A stretch of DNA of 64,000 nucleotides from Bugula neritina (lineage: Eukaryota; Animalia; Bryozoa). Position 1 is the stretch's first letter; each line of letters starts with the position of its first letter. Of the stretch, positions 1 through 12,644 are shown in pieces. The stretch covers positions 4,183,751 through 4,247,750 of the forward strand of contig OZ037773.1 of assembly GCA_964035545.1 (NCBI GenBank), in the 5' to 3' direction. The position numbers and the translations under genes were made by a program. The notes beneath the pieces are model-generated. The model had not been told where the DNA came from, did no database searches, and was given only the letters and a program-made list of their open reading frames with translations.

Positions 1-450
1 CTATCTGCATTTTCTATACTGCTTTTAATAATTTTTGCTGTATGTAGGTTTAATTTTTATTTATTTGTTTTTAGGAACTTGGCTACAGAAAACAAAAGTT
101 TCAAGATAAGCAAAGAACTTACACATGGTGTAGATTTCAAGCAATTCAAGCATGCTAAAATTTGAAACTTTAAATTTAAATTATAATCCAAGCATGTCAA
201 AAGATTGAAGAATGTAAAAATTAAAAATAAGTTAATGTGCAATATTTCAATAAAATAAAGATCCAAAAACTAAATTGAATTTAAATCTTCACTATATCTA
301 TAATAATATATTTTCTGACTAGAAAAAATTATGTATACTTATAGGAATTATAGATATTATTACTATATGCAAATCATGTATGAAGTCAATTGAAAAAAGA
401 CTATTAATTTGAAATAAAGTCGTAGTTAAGTAACCACCCTATACATACAA
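1..450 (+). repeat. Duplicate of the 3' flank of Ig gene A (matches ~9250-9695)
   Basis: Colinear near-identity, e.g. ctgcattttctatactgctttt, ggaacttggctacagaaaaca, agcaaagaacttacacatggtgta and taaccacccta occur in both places. Confidence 0.85.
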
Positions 451-454
451 TATA

Positions 455-602
<148 letters not shown>

Positions 603-1269
603 TTATGTGTGTTAAAGACACACAGCTGCCTGCTAAAAAGTCAGTTACAAGTCACAAAAAAGCCGGACGAATACTTTGAGATTGGAACACATACTAAAAG
701 TATTAAAAACTGAAATTGAAACAACTTGTAAACCTTTGAACCAAAATTGGTTTAATTTTGATTAAACAAGTAGTTTAAGGTAATGTTTTTACTATTTGGC
801 ACTCATCCAGTTGATTTTGATGATATTTTCTGATACAGAAGAAGTTATATCAATTCGAGCAGACGCCAAATAATCAAACAATCATCTACCTAAAATAGAC
901 ACAAGGACTACAAAATAAACCTGCATGGAAACATAGCGGAGAAAAAGGAAAATGGGACTAAACGCATTAAAGTGTCAAAAACTCTGGCTATTGTTTTAGT
1001 GGGGCAAAGTGACAGATATAAAGTGAAAGCTTATACAATTGGCTAAAAAGTTGTACTAGAATTTCATACATGGCACGGCATAAAAATACAGAGCTTACTC
1101 GAGAAAACTTCCACATTTTAACTTCTGCAGATATACTTCTGAAAACTAAACTTTTCCCCCATCTCCTCCTTCAAATCCTCTAAAGTAAAACTTCCTTCTG
1201 TTTGCAATTGATTTAAGTACAGTTAGTTAATGTAGAGAAAAAATAAATCTTTCACATCTACTAACTATT

Positions 1270-1480
1270 TCATTACTGGTTGCAGGTCCTTCTATACCAG
1301 AGACAGTAACGATGTCGTTAGTTTATGAACTTTCAGATATTTCTTTCTTTCAAATCCACAACTGTATATTGCATTGTCTCTTTATCAGCTTGATATTGTA
1401 TCTGTAAGATTATCAGCTCTGACATCTATTAGATAATTAGTGATTTGTATATACATCTGATGAACTCAGAAAACTGCATG
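1270..1480 (-). pseudogene. Decayed Ig domain-1 exon relic
   Basis: Reverse complement contains ttacagatacaatatcaagctgataaaga, matching the LQLQYQAD K-coding segment of exon 2 of A/B and the relics at ~10.2 and ~22.5 kb. Confidence 0.55.
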
Positions 1481-3057
1481 TCATATTTGTAAATGTTTAT
1501 CTGTGATTATGCTAGTGTCCAGTCTGTTTGGCGATTTTGCTTTTTTGCTTTCTTGTGTGTTCTCCAAACTAAAAGAACCACTATGAACTTAACCATCCTT
1601 TCATCTATTTCACGGTCTGTCTCTCTAACACCACTGATATCATGGATATCATTTTCATCTTTTTTCCTGGTGAATGCTTGATGTAATGCAGCTTAAATGG
1701 AAAACACATCCAGGTGACTTGGTGATGTTACTTGTAACTAAAGGCGGTTTTTTTTATTTCAAATCTGTACAGAGAACAAAGAGCAAGCAATGGTTCCGGC
1801 AGCCAATTTGAATAGCCTGAACCCTTCTGATTCTGAATCCCAACCCACTAGTTCAGTTTGGGAATCTAAATTACTATCAAACTTTGAGGGTTTTGCCATG
1901 TAAAAACTGAGTATAGTGCCTGTAACATATTTCTATTTATATTTTCCTAATTAGTATCAACATTGTCAATAATTGTGTTTTTGATGATTTAATTTTTTCA
2001 TGGTTGCCTTTATTGAACTATGTATAGGTTTTATAAGTTTCATATTCATATTTAACAATTTCAATAATTTTGAATAGATGTTTTTTAATTAATATTTAAT
2101 TTTCTCTTCACTACTGTGCTTTAACTTATGCTACATATGTATGCACATTGTGATAAAGTTGAATAATAAAGTCAATTATGATAAGAAGGCTAAAATGAAT
2201 TTATTAATCATCTCACAGATCACACTGCATGCAAATACACAAATACTAACTTCATAGCCATCTTTAATGGACAAAGGTGAGCTATAGGGTCATAGTGGCA
2301 GACAACAGAGCCACGAGTCAGTAACCATGTGTATACAGAACATACAGTGTTACTAGAGCATATCATATAACAGCTTACCTGTAGGAGTATATGCAGTTCA
2401 TAACAATATTTACATACACATTCTAGTAAACTAAATCTGATTGATCTTGAAGTAAATTACAAAAAATGTATAATTTAATACTTTTTGTATTTTCAAATGC
2501 ATATACATTGTTTGTAGAAAATATTGTACTTTAACAACTGATTCACAAATTTTTAACCAATTGCAGTTCACATTTATTCTTTAGCTAGTACAGCCAATGT
2601 TTTCAGACTATCCCCCTCCCCGTATTCACACGTTAGTATCCTATGTCGTAACTGCAAATTTTAGCCATTTTTGTCAACATTTGGGCTGAGTCATATCTCG
2701 GTATATGTTGCGGCTTTATTATTTTGGAACATACAAGGGAAGGATTTTAAATATGTTTGATAAGAACAGCTGATAATGAGAGAATGACTCCTAATTGACA
2801 CCAATATTGTGTAATCTATAAAATTATTATTTGCAAACAATATAAAATCAAATATATAACAATGTTGCATTGTTGAATATTTTAAAAAAAAAATTTCTTA
2901 TGATTCCATACATTCTTTACATCACAAAACAAAACAGCTTCATAGACATCACAAAATTAAGTTTCTTCTATAAAAGTCTCTAGATTCTAAATAACTCTAA
3001 GTTAGATACTCATCTACTACTGTATATAGGCAGGACCTTTAACTACTCACAATTACT

Positions 3058-6000
3058 ATGATGTTATATCTCAGCTATCTGATGTGTTTGTTTATCCGTA
3101 TTTCCGGTATGTGATGTTTTACAGTACTTATCGAACTCAAAATACAAATATAACAAAATGATTATGCAATCATATTTTAGAAAATACATTACAGCCAATT
3201 TGCGTTAATGATAGTTTTTCTAATGCAAACAATAAACAAAATAGCTGCAAAATTAGTGAATGTAAGTCTAAGATGTCTCATCTAGAGTTTATTTACCAAA
3301 CCACTGAGTAGAAGCTTACCATAGAAACTCACACAGCGTTATAGATTATTTGTACCAATCAATGATGTTTCTTCTATGGAGTTGGTCATGATGTAGGTTC
3401 CAAGTTTAATATTTCCATGTGTACAAAAAGTAAAGCTAGAAAGGCTTCAGATTTTAGTTTGACCAATAGGATAAATGCATTATATTACACCCTAATGCAA
3501 TTTTTATCAATGCTTTGTTTATTTCTTTTCTATGTTATACAAAACAACATCAAAACACTGTTGCCACCGCTATAACATATAAAAGCAGCAAAACACTGTA
3601 TATTTATCTCATGACTTTACCTTTATTATTTTCTTCAGTTAGGATTGTCAATCTGCGTAGGTTTTATTCAATATCTTTATAGTAAGTTTTATGATGTCTT
3701 GCAAAAAAAAGGCAACATGCAGTAGTGGACAGTTATATAGAAAACTACTTTAAAAATAATAAACTGTAAATAATTTTTACATTCAGCTAAACCATCTGCA
3801 CTCATAGACTACAATCCTGGGAATGGACCAGAGGTATATAAAGATAAGAATATAGCTGTATTCTGTGTGGCATCTGGCTATACGGATTTGAGAAGCTTAC
3901 AGCTACAATATCAATCTGATATAGAAGACAAGGTTTACAGCACTGGATGTACTCGAAGTAGTGGAGATGACACTGTGTGGGTTGCTTCATCAACCCCAGA
4001 CATAGCTACGATACCTGGTATAAAAAGACTTGGCATTAGTGATGCAGACTGTGGATATGCTAGCGAGTCTGATGTATTATCTTTTCTTTTTCAATTCACA
4101 ATAACTGAGTCAACAACTGGAGGGAGTTTTTCCTGTAAAGGGGTTGAAGGAGGTGCCGGAGAAATTTCTTCCTCAGAAGTACCAGTAGATGTCAAAGGTC
4201 ATTATTTTCAAGTTTTAGTTGAAACAAGCAATGGGTATAAAAAAGGATTATGAATGATGTATTACGCAAGCATTCAAATTTCATAAAACAAGTGCTTTCT
4301 TGACTCTTTACATAAAAATTTCCATTGGGTTAATTTATTTAATATAAAGAAAAGCTTTGTAATGTTTAATAAATTGTCGCATACAGTGTTGTTTGTTAAG
4401 GCAAATATTTCTAATTTATGAAATATTACTTGAAAGAAACTTAAAAATATTTTAACAGACCATTGATGCAGTCAATGTATTCTAAATTTGTCAAGCTTTA
4501 AGGCGCAATAAAGATCTTTTTTAAAAACCACATGTTCTACAGTTTCCACCTGAATAAATGCAACCATATGTTTTTTTGTGGAAATCAATCATCGAATGAG
4601 TTCGGTTGTTGCAAAGAAGATCAAGGTTTGCAATTTGAACTGCCAAAGCTAAAACTACAATTTTGACATTCATCTGATCGCTATTTAAAATTGCTAATCT
4701 TTTAAATTTTTGCTTTACAGTTGGTCCTCCGAGTTTGATTCTTAATGCATCTGATGCAGTAGAAGGTGAAGTTCTAAACTTTAGCTGTGAGTCCAGAGAT
4801 GCTAAGCCTGTCTCAGAATATGAGTACAGTAAGTAGAAGGTTTTTTACGTTTTTATTCTATTGTATCAAATTGACCGAAATAATTTGGCTACATATTTAT
4901 ATAAGTTTTTTACTATATAATTGTCTGCTCCCACCATCAACAGAAAAACTGTTGAAAACTAGCACTAAAACAAATAAAATTTTGTTGAGCGTGTTAGTCT
5001 AATGTTGCGCATTTATGCATTCACAACTTTTAGTCAAAATATATACATTTGACCTAGTTGAAATTTGCATTGTAAAAGCCACTGTCAAAATTGCTGTACC
5101 GTGTGATTAATTAATCAGCCTATATCAGATTAATAATCAAAAGAACTAATAACTCAGCGTAGATATGAGTATTTGATCATTACTTTGTATATAATCATAT
5201 GAGCAACATTTTCACGATTATACTTTCTCTTTTATGCTGTCAACCTTTTGAAGGGGCATCAACTATCGATTGAGTGAGTCGTGTTTCACTATTAGAAAAT
5301 CAGTTTCCGCATCAATATGATTTTAACGAGTTTTAGTAAAACTATGAAGGGGTAATATTGTAGTGGGCAGTAGAGCGTAAGGCCACGCGCTCACTAACCA
5401 CTCATCATTAAAACACGTGATTACCCTCCCCCCTCGGCAAAGTAGAAAGGCTTCAGGACATCATTTTAGATATATAACAGTTAGAGCGTGATGCTGATTG
5501 TGATAAGATAGTTGTTTTATATATGTGTGTTATTAAACTTGTGTTACTTTTGCTCGCTACTTAGTGTATTAAATAAACCTTCTTCCCTCTTGATTACTCG
5601 TCTGATGTCTAGCAATGCAACGTGGATAATTACAGTATATACGAATCCCAATACTCAATATAATTGTGAAAATTATAACAATATTCATCAGCATATACAA
5701 TAACACAACTTTATACACATATCATTGGCTAACAGTCAAATGTAAATAGCTTTGGTACAGAAAACTTTTCCACTTACCTTAAAGAATCCCTGACACACTT
5801 CACTTATGCAGTAATAAAATAAGCTTACATATATTAGTTTTTATCTACAGACTGCTTTGAGATTGTATGCCTAAACAAGTTTGTTTTATAATAAAATTTG
5901 TGCCAGTATGTGCTAAAAAGATTTGGAACTTCCAATGCCTTACTGACTACGTTTTAGGCCAGCATTGACTTTACTGCAACTATAAAACTTATACTAATTA

Positions 6001-8450
6001 GAGGTATATTTCAATGCATGCTATAGTTAGCTTCTGCACCAGGCAGCTTTATCATTGAGATGGTCTGAATGTTTAAACTTTGAACTAGAAGCATACAACC
6101 TCAAAGCAGTTTCTAGATGAAAACTAAAATATATAAAAATATTTTAGTACTACACAAGTTAAGTGCGACAGGAATTCTTTAAGCTTATATACATCCTTTG
6201 CCTTATACAATATGCTCTGCTTTTCTCACTGGCAGATAAACAATTTACATAGTTATTGGTACAACTCTGATCATGCCACAAGCTCATTAGGATGATCAGC
6301 ATCCTCTATTTCTAATGAACTTAATTATTTGAATGCAATGTAATTTCAGAAGTGAATAACCAGTCAGTCTCTTCGCCTACCTATATTCCTGAGAAAACAG
6401 ACAGGGATGGAGTGTTGATATCATGTAGAGATATCGTTCATACAAACTGGAAAGATGGAAATACCGAAACTTCAGTTTTGCTTATGCCTAAATGTAAGTA
6501 GACATGCATGCAGACTACTGTTGAGTTTAAAAGTGATTGGGTGTGATTAAAAATGGTAGGAAGCTTTATAATTGCAATAACTGCAAACAGAAATTGAAGG
6601 GTGAACAAGCCAACCATCATGCTAAACATACTTCCTAACTGTAGGTTTTATTACTATATTGTACCAGCACAAAAAAACTTTAATATTTTTTTATTGTCAT
6701 GTTCATAGACATCGATGTAAAATCGGAAACAAAAAGTGCAATAGTACTACAAGTGATGACTGAAGATGGCGCTGTAGAAGTAGACTGTGATCCACATGTT
6801 ACAGGAAACCCAAAACCAACCATCTTCTTCTGGGTACGAAACGGGACTGAACAATCAGAAGAGACAAATAACAAGTTACTCCTGACTGCACAGACTGCTG
6901 GTACCAAAGAAACAGTAATGTGTACTGCTGGAAATTCTCTGGGTTTGTCCTTTAAAATGTTGCATTACTTTTAAATAAACTATAGTGACAATTGACATCA
7001 CTATTGTATTTCAAAGCAGATTTTCAGCTTGACTCAAAGAAAAGCTGCATTTCTATATTTATGTGAGAACAGCAAACTATATTACAAAAGGTTTGATGAA
7101 TTATCAAAGTCGAATTTGATGCTATATACTTTTATAGTTAATGTGTAACATTATATAATACTATCATCAGGGTTTATACGTTACATCTCCTAATATATAG
7201 CATCGTTTTATTTGTAACAGGAAACTTATATAGTATATCAAAGCTGTTAGCCAGTGCACTTCAGTTATCTCATTACAGGAAAGAATGTGACTGTAACATG
7301 GCTTATAGAATGGAATATCGTGACTACCATAGCAGGTAAGAAAGTTATATACTTTTTAAAAACAATATTGATGCAGCAAGCAGTAAAATGATTATTATAT
7401 AGTGCTATTTAGATCACCTGGCATTTCATATAATATGAGCATTGATAGAATGCTGCTAGTTTCTCATATTGCAGATAGTATATGTAGCGTGTGACATCCT
7501 ATATAATAGTACCATCACTAGCTAGTTAGTGTAAAAGATATCACGACAGGCTATATATTCCATTAGATAGTATCATACAAGATTATGTAGTTTAATTATC
7601 TCTCTACAGAGAAGGATGTGACTGTATCCATGAATACGGAATCCAACGGCGTGACAGCTATAACAGGTGAGCGTTTTAGACTGTTCACAGTTTGATCACA
7701 AACATTTAGCTTCTTGAAAGCTTATATATTGTCGCATTAAGTTATTTCCTAGGCAGTAAATATTGACATCACAAACAATATATATCTTTGGTGAAAAAGC
7801 ACAACTTCTGAACGCATCTTTTCATCAGTATATTTGTATTCAGTGGAATATTTGTAAGAAATAACAATTTCTCTCAGTTTCCAGTAAATAACCATGCAAT
7901 GCTGCTTATCTCAAATATAGTGTTACTATAATAAGTGACTGTGGATGCTTCTGCATTTACATATGTTGTGTTCACTTGCAAAAGTAAAGTACTCAATTAT
8001 AAACAAAGTGTAGAAAAGAGAAGTACGCTAATTTACAGCAACTTTTCATCGCCACCAATTCCAAAGTTAAGTTCTTTTTAACTGCATTTAATCAATCAGT
8101 CTTCTTAAGCTGCTGTGAAAACTAAATACTCTTTAATCTAATGAAAGTTGAGTAAGAAATTGGCTGACCAAACTTTATATTATAGGCAGTGAGAAAAATT
8201 AGTATAATTGCATCTTAAAGTTATAGTCAAATAGCACCCAAGTTTTCGCACAATTATCATGCCATATAATCAAGTTAAAAAGAGATTACTTTATATCTGT
8301 CTTTTCCGCTTTGCAGAAAAAAGTCTGAATTCATCAACAGAAATCAAAGAGCAAGTTGATAGTGAGAATAAATCTCAAAGCAACCTGATGGCAGGCTACA
8401 GCTTGTTATCTATCATCATCCTATTCCTTTGGAACTGTATTTTAATCTAA
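3058..8450 (+). CDS. Ig-superfamily cell-surface protein, copy A (signal peptide, 3 Ig-like domains, predicted GPI signal)
   Basis: Phase-1 GT/AG exons join in one open frame: 3058-3106 (MMLYLSYLMCLFIRIS), 3787-4197, 4721-4828, 6350-6493, 6709-6942, 7279-7335, 7610-7666, 8317-8450. Ig-like motifs: LNFSCESRDAKP, DCDPHVTGNPKPTIFFW...VMCTAGNSLG. Ends in a hydrophobic tail (YSLLSIIILFLWNCILI*) with no cytoplasmic part. TATA-like TATAAAAG near 2968. Confidence 0.8.
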
Positions 8451-9715
8451 GTTCCGTATATTTTGCAACAAAAGACAAGTTTGAAGAAGGTATCTAGTTG
8501 TATTTTGCAAGTTTTAATAGAGCAATTTGTTGATTAAATTACAATCAGCTGAACAAGCATGGTTGAAAAACATAAATATGAGGGCAAAGGATCGCAAAAT
8601 TCCCTTATGAATACTAATATAAAATATGTCACTTGATGTATATATCAGAAACGCAAGCATTGCTTTTATAGAAAAGAACATTTAAGTTTTGAAATGTGAG
8701 CCATGAACACCAAAAGTTTTCATAACTGTTTGAGGTATTTTGAAGTTTTAAAAGTATATCAGTGTGTCGTAGCATAGGTCATGCAGTCAGGATTAAAACT
8801 AAAATATATATATGAATATATTGTATGTAAATACACTTATAACTTATGCAAGCTATTTTATATAGACTTGTAATACTTTATTAATATAAAAGTGTTAAAA
8901 TATTCATATGACTTGAAAATTTTAAAGTTTTTAAAATTTATATCAATTGACCATTTTTGCATCATAGAAACTTTGTCAATGCTTTAAAGTAAAAAACACA
9001 TACCATCTATAAAACAAATGAACAATTGCGGAATATTTATTTGATGAAGCTATCAGTGTATTCTAATTTGGAATAAACAAAATAGAACTCATTAGCTATG
9101 CAAGTCACACACTGGCTTTTCAATTAAACATTGTGTTTTATAGAACAAAACACACGAGATAGTTATACAATAAGAAAACCATAAAACTCTTTTCATCTTT
9201 TGGTAAAATATTTAGTATAGTGTTGAAAATTTCATAAAAGTATGGTATAGCTGCATTTTCTATACTGCTTTTAATTTTTCTTGTATGTGGGTTTAATTTT
9301 TATTCATTTGGTTTCAGGAACTTGGCTACAGAAAACAGAAGTTTAAGAAGCAAAGAACTTACACATGGTGTAAACTTTAATTAAAGCAATTCAAAAATGT
9401 TGAAATCCAAAACTTTAAATTTAAATTATAATTCAAGCATGTCCAAATTGAAGAATGTAAAAATTAAAGATAAGTTATTGCGTAATATTTCAATGGAATA
9501 AAGATCCAAAAAAAAATTAAATTGAAAGCTCTACTTATACTATAATAATATATTTTCTATCTAGAAACATTTATCTACTTACGTTAATAATAGATATTAT
9601 TACTATATGCAAATCATGTATAAAGTCAATTGAGACAAAACTCGATTAATTTGAAATAAAGTCTTAGTTAACTAACCACCCTACATGCAATATAAATATA
9701 CAAGGATGTTAAAAG

Positions 9716-12125
9716 TGAACCGAGTTGAGAGACAGCTAATAGTCTACAACATGCAGTAGATACTAATGACATCAAAGCGTTGTATGGGGCACTACAGGAA
9801 GTGTATACGCTTCTTAAACAAAAATCTCAACTCAGCTCGCAGCTCTACATGGCAGTGCAGTACTAGAATGGAAGTTAGAAGTAGTCAACATTTTTGTTAA
9901 ATACTTTGATCAACTACTGAAGATAATAGGCACTGCATTTCAGTTGTACACCTTATAACTACATATATTTGTCTTACTTAGAATCAAGTATTGTGAACAA
10001 CTGAACATGTACAGGAAAGGGAGTTTAACAGACGTACGGTTTTATGTATTCAGTATAGGTGCTATACATTCAGTATATGTCTTTTAAATTAATTTTTTGT
10101 ACTGATAGTTTAAAGTTAAGACTTGCTGAATTTAATTGAAACATCTTATGCTTAGAACAAACATCTACAAATATGACATGCAGTTTTTGAGTTTACCAGA
10201 TTCAGAGTATATATACAAATCACTAATGCATCAGAGGTCAGTGAGCTGATTTACAGATACAATATCAAGCTGATTGAGACAGTACAGTTTATATGTGAAA
10301 ATGAAATAAGATATTTGCCAAAGTTAATCAATTAACAACATTGTTGCTGTCTCTGATATAGAAGGACCTGCAACCAGTAATGAAATATGTAGCTCAGTTG
10401 GCAAACCTAGCTGAAGGATTTAATCTTTCTCTACAACTAAGTGTAGTTGAGCCAATTGCAGACAGAAGAAAGTTTCGCTGTAGAGAATTTAAAAGAGGAG
10501 ATGTGGAAATTGTTCTGTTTTCGGAACTATCGCAAGAAGTATCATGAAGGGTTCCTCAACTAAGCTTTATATTTTGATGCTGTGACGTTTTATCAGAGTA
10601 TAGTCAAACATTTTAGCTGTCTTCCAATTCTCATTTTATACTTTTGTCCTACCAAAATAGTAATGAGAGATTTTGGCATTTCTTGTATTTTTACTTCTTT
10701 TTTTTCTGTAGTTTTATGCAGTTTATGTTGTAGTTTTAGTGTATCATCACACTTGATTAAGCTGATCCAGCAGTTTCAAATTGGGATGGACAAAGCACAT
10801 ATATCAAGCAAAGGCCAGCTGTCACTACCATTTACCTTCAATGATGGAGGAACGCAAGGCTGTGTTCTTGCGTCTATAACATTATTTAGCATATACTTCG
10901 CGGCGGTACTTGATGAAGCATTCTCTGACACTACCTAAGACATCTACCTGCAACCCATACCTGGTGCTAATTTAGTCTACTTTGCTTTTTTCAAATTTAA
11001 GAGTCGTGCACAATTGACTACGATTTGTGAATTGATGTACGCGGATGACACAGCACTAATAGCACACGTCTTGAAGGATATGAAAGTGATTGCATTAAAC
11101 TTTGCTAAAGCTGCTTGTTGCAGTGGCTTTTTGGCAGCTTTCCAAAAATCATTGTGTAACGAAAGCTATTTGTGAAAGCTTTCGCGATAGCTATTTACTG
11201 ACAGTTTTTGGTAGATGAGTCAGTGTAGCTCAGTTTTCCTCCTACTAAAGATGCAGGCAATCTATACTTAATTGTCAAAATAATTGTAAGTATCAAGTAT
11301 TATTTATCTTTTGTTTTGAACTTCATTAACTAAATGTTTTGTCAGCTATGTAATTAATGTTAAGTTAACAATATGTTTGTAATTTTCATGGTTATAGGTT
11401 ACAGTAAAGTACAATATGAGTATGAGTTTAAGTATGAATGAAGTCTAACTTAGAAAATATACTGTTGGCAATAGACAAAAATAGAGTTGTGGCCTGCATC
11501 TGTGTCCTCCATTTATTCACCCTTCATTAAGTGAATCACAATACATAGGCATCCTTGCCAAACAGCTGACGCAGCAACAACTATCAGCTGATACAGTAAC
11601 CACTATCGGCTGTCACACTGCTCATGACTTTAGATCGTGTATAAATATGCGTAAAACAAAGGTGAAGTACCAACCATGTGCACATACAACTAAAAGATCT
11701 GGGAATATTCAAAGTGAGGACCACCGCTCGAGAATGTAAACAGGTTTACATACCTTGGCAGCACGATTACCCATAGCGGGAATCCAAACACTGAACTACA
11801 AACTGGAATGTGTAAAGCTTCAGTTGCATTTGGGAGATCAGGAGAAAAACTCTGGAGCAACAATGGTATTACAATCAGAGTAAAATGTCAAGTCTACAGA
11901 GCTATTGTTCTGACCACCCTACTATACGGCTCAGAGACTTGGACGCTGTACAAACCTTAAGTTAGAAAACTCAACAGCTTTATGATTAACTAGTTAAGGT
12001 CCATCGTGAAAGTTGAATGGTGGCAAAAAATCCTCAACACTGAAATTCTGCAACATAGAAAGTTAACACCAATATATGATCAAGTAGTAATTTGTAACGT
12101 TAAATAGGCGGGTCACGTATCCATA
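9716..12125 (+). mobile_element. Fragmented RTE-clade LINE remnants (interrupted)
   Basis: Pieces translate as SLQHAVDTNDIKALYGALQEVY (~9740), GTQGCVLAS.TLFSIYFAAVL (~10850), ELMYADDTALIAH (~11030), and YLGSTIT / KASVAFGR / VYRAIVLTTLLYGSETWTLY (11750-11950). These are RTE/BovB-type RT motifs with stops and frameshifts. Confidence 0.8.
10170..10560 (+). pseudogene. Decayed Ig domain-1 exon relic
   Basis: ttacagatacaatatcaagctgat and cttt ctctacaactaagtgtagttgagccaattgca...tgtagagaattt..aggagga resemble the start and the FSCKGVEGG end of exon 2; stops and frameshifts are present. Confidence 0.6.
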
Positions 12126-12644
12126 GTTGTTTTCGACTGACTGCTTATAGTGAGTGATTGATAGTAAATAAATAAAGACCAGGTGCAATCAAATCAGAAA
12201 AGTTTTGATATATTAGATGTGCCCTATCCAGTGGCCCACTGTACCCCTTTACCAGGATGCAATGCAACTTAATTAATACCAAAATTTATTAGAATCTACA
12301 AAAGTTATATATGTATACATATGTTATTTATTTGTCTTCTTTATTTTTTTAGTACTTTTTATACAGATTTTTATAACTTTATCGATACCAAAGTTTATTA
12401 AGACTTGTACAGAACTTTGGGATTGTGTCTGTAACCTTACTTTCTGTTATATAACATATATTAATACTATGTTAAAGAGTAAATATAATTCCACAATCTT
12501 GAGCAAATGACTGAGATTATTGTATATACTTTTTCTTGCTTAGTAAGACAAAAAAATACAGTCAACAAAAATGTTCATTAAGATTTGTACAACGCAATTG
12601 GATATCTTCTTTAAACTTGTCTTTGGTTACAAAATATACGAAAC

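Noticed and set aside
10582-10938. 118-aa ORF as a host gene
   Set aside because: Its 3' half is a decayed RTE reverse-transcriptase fragment.
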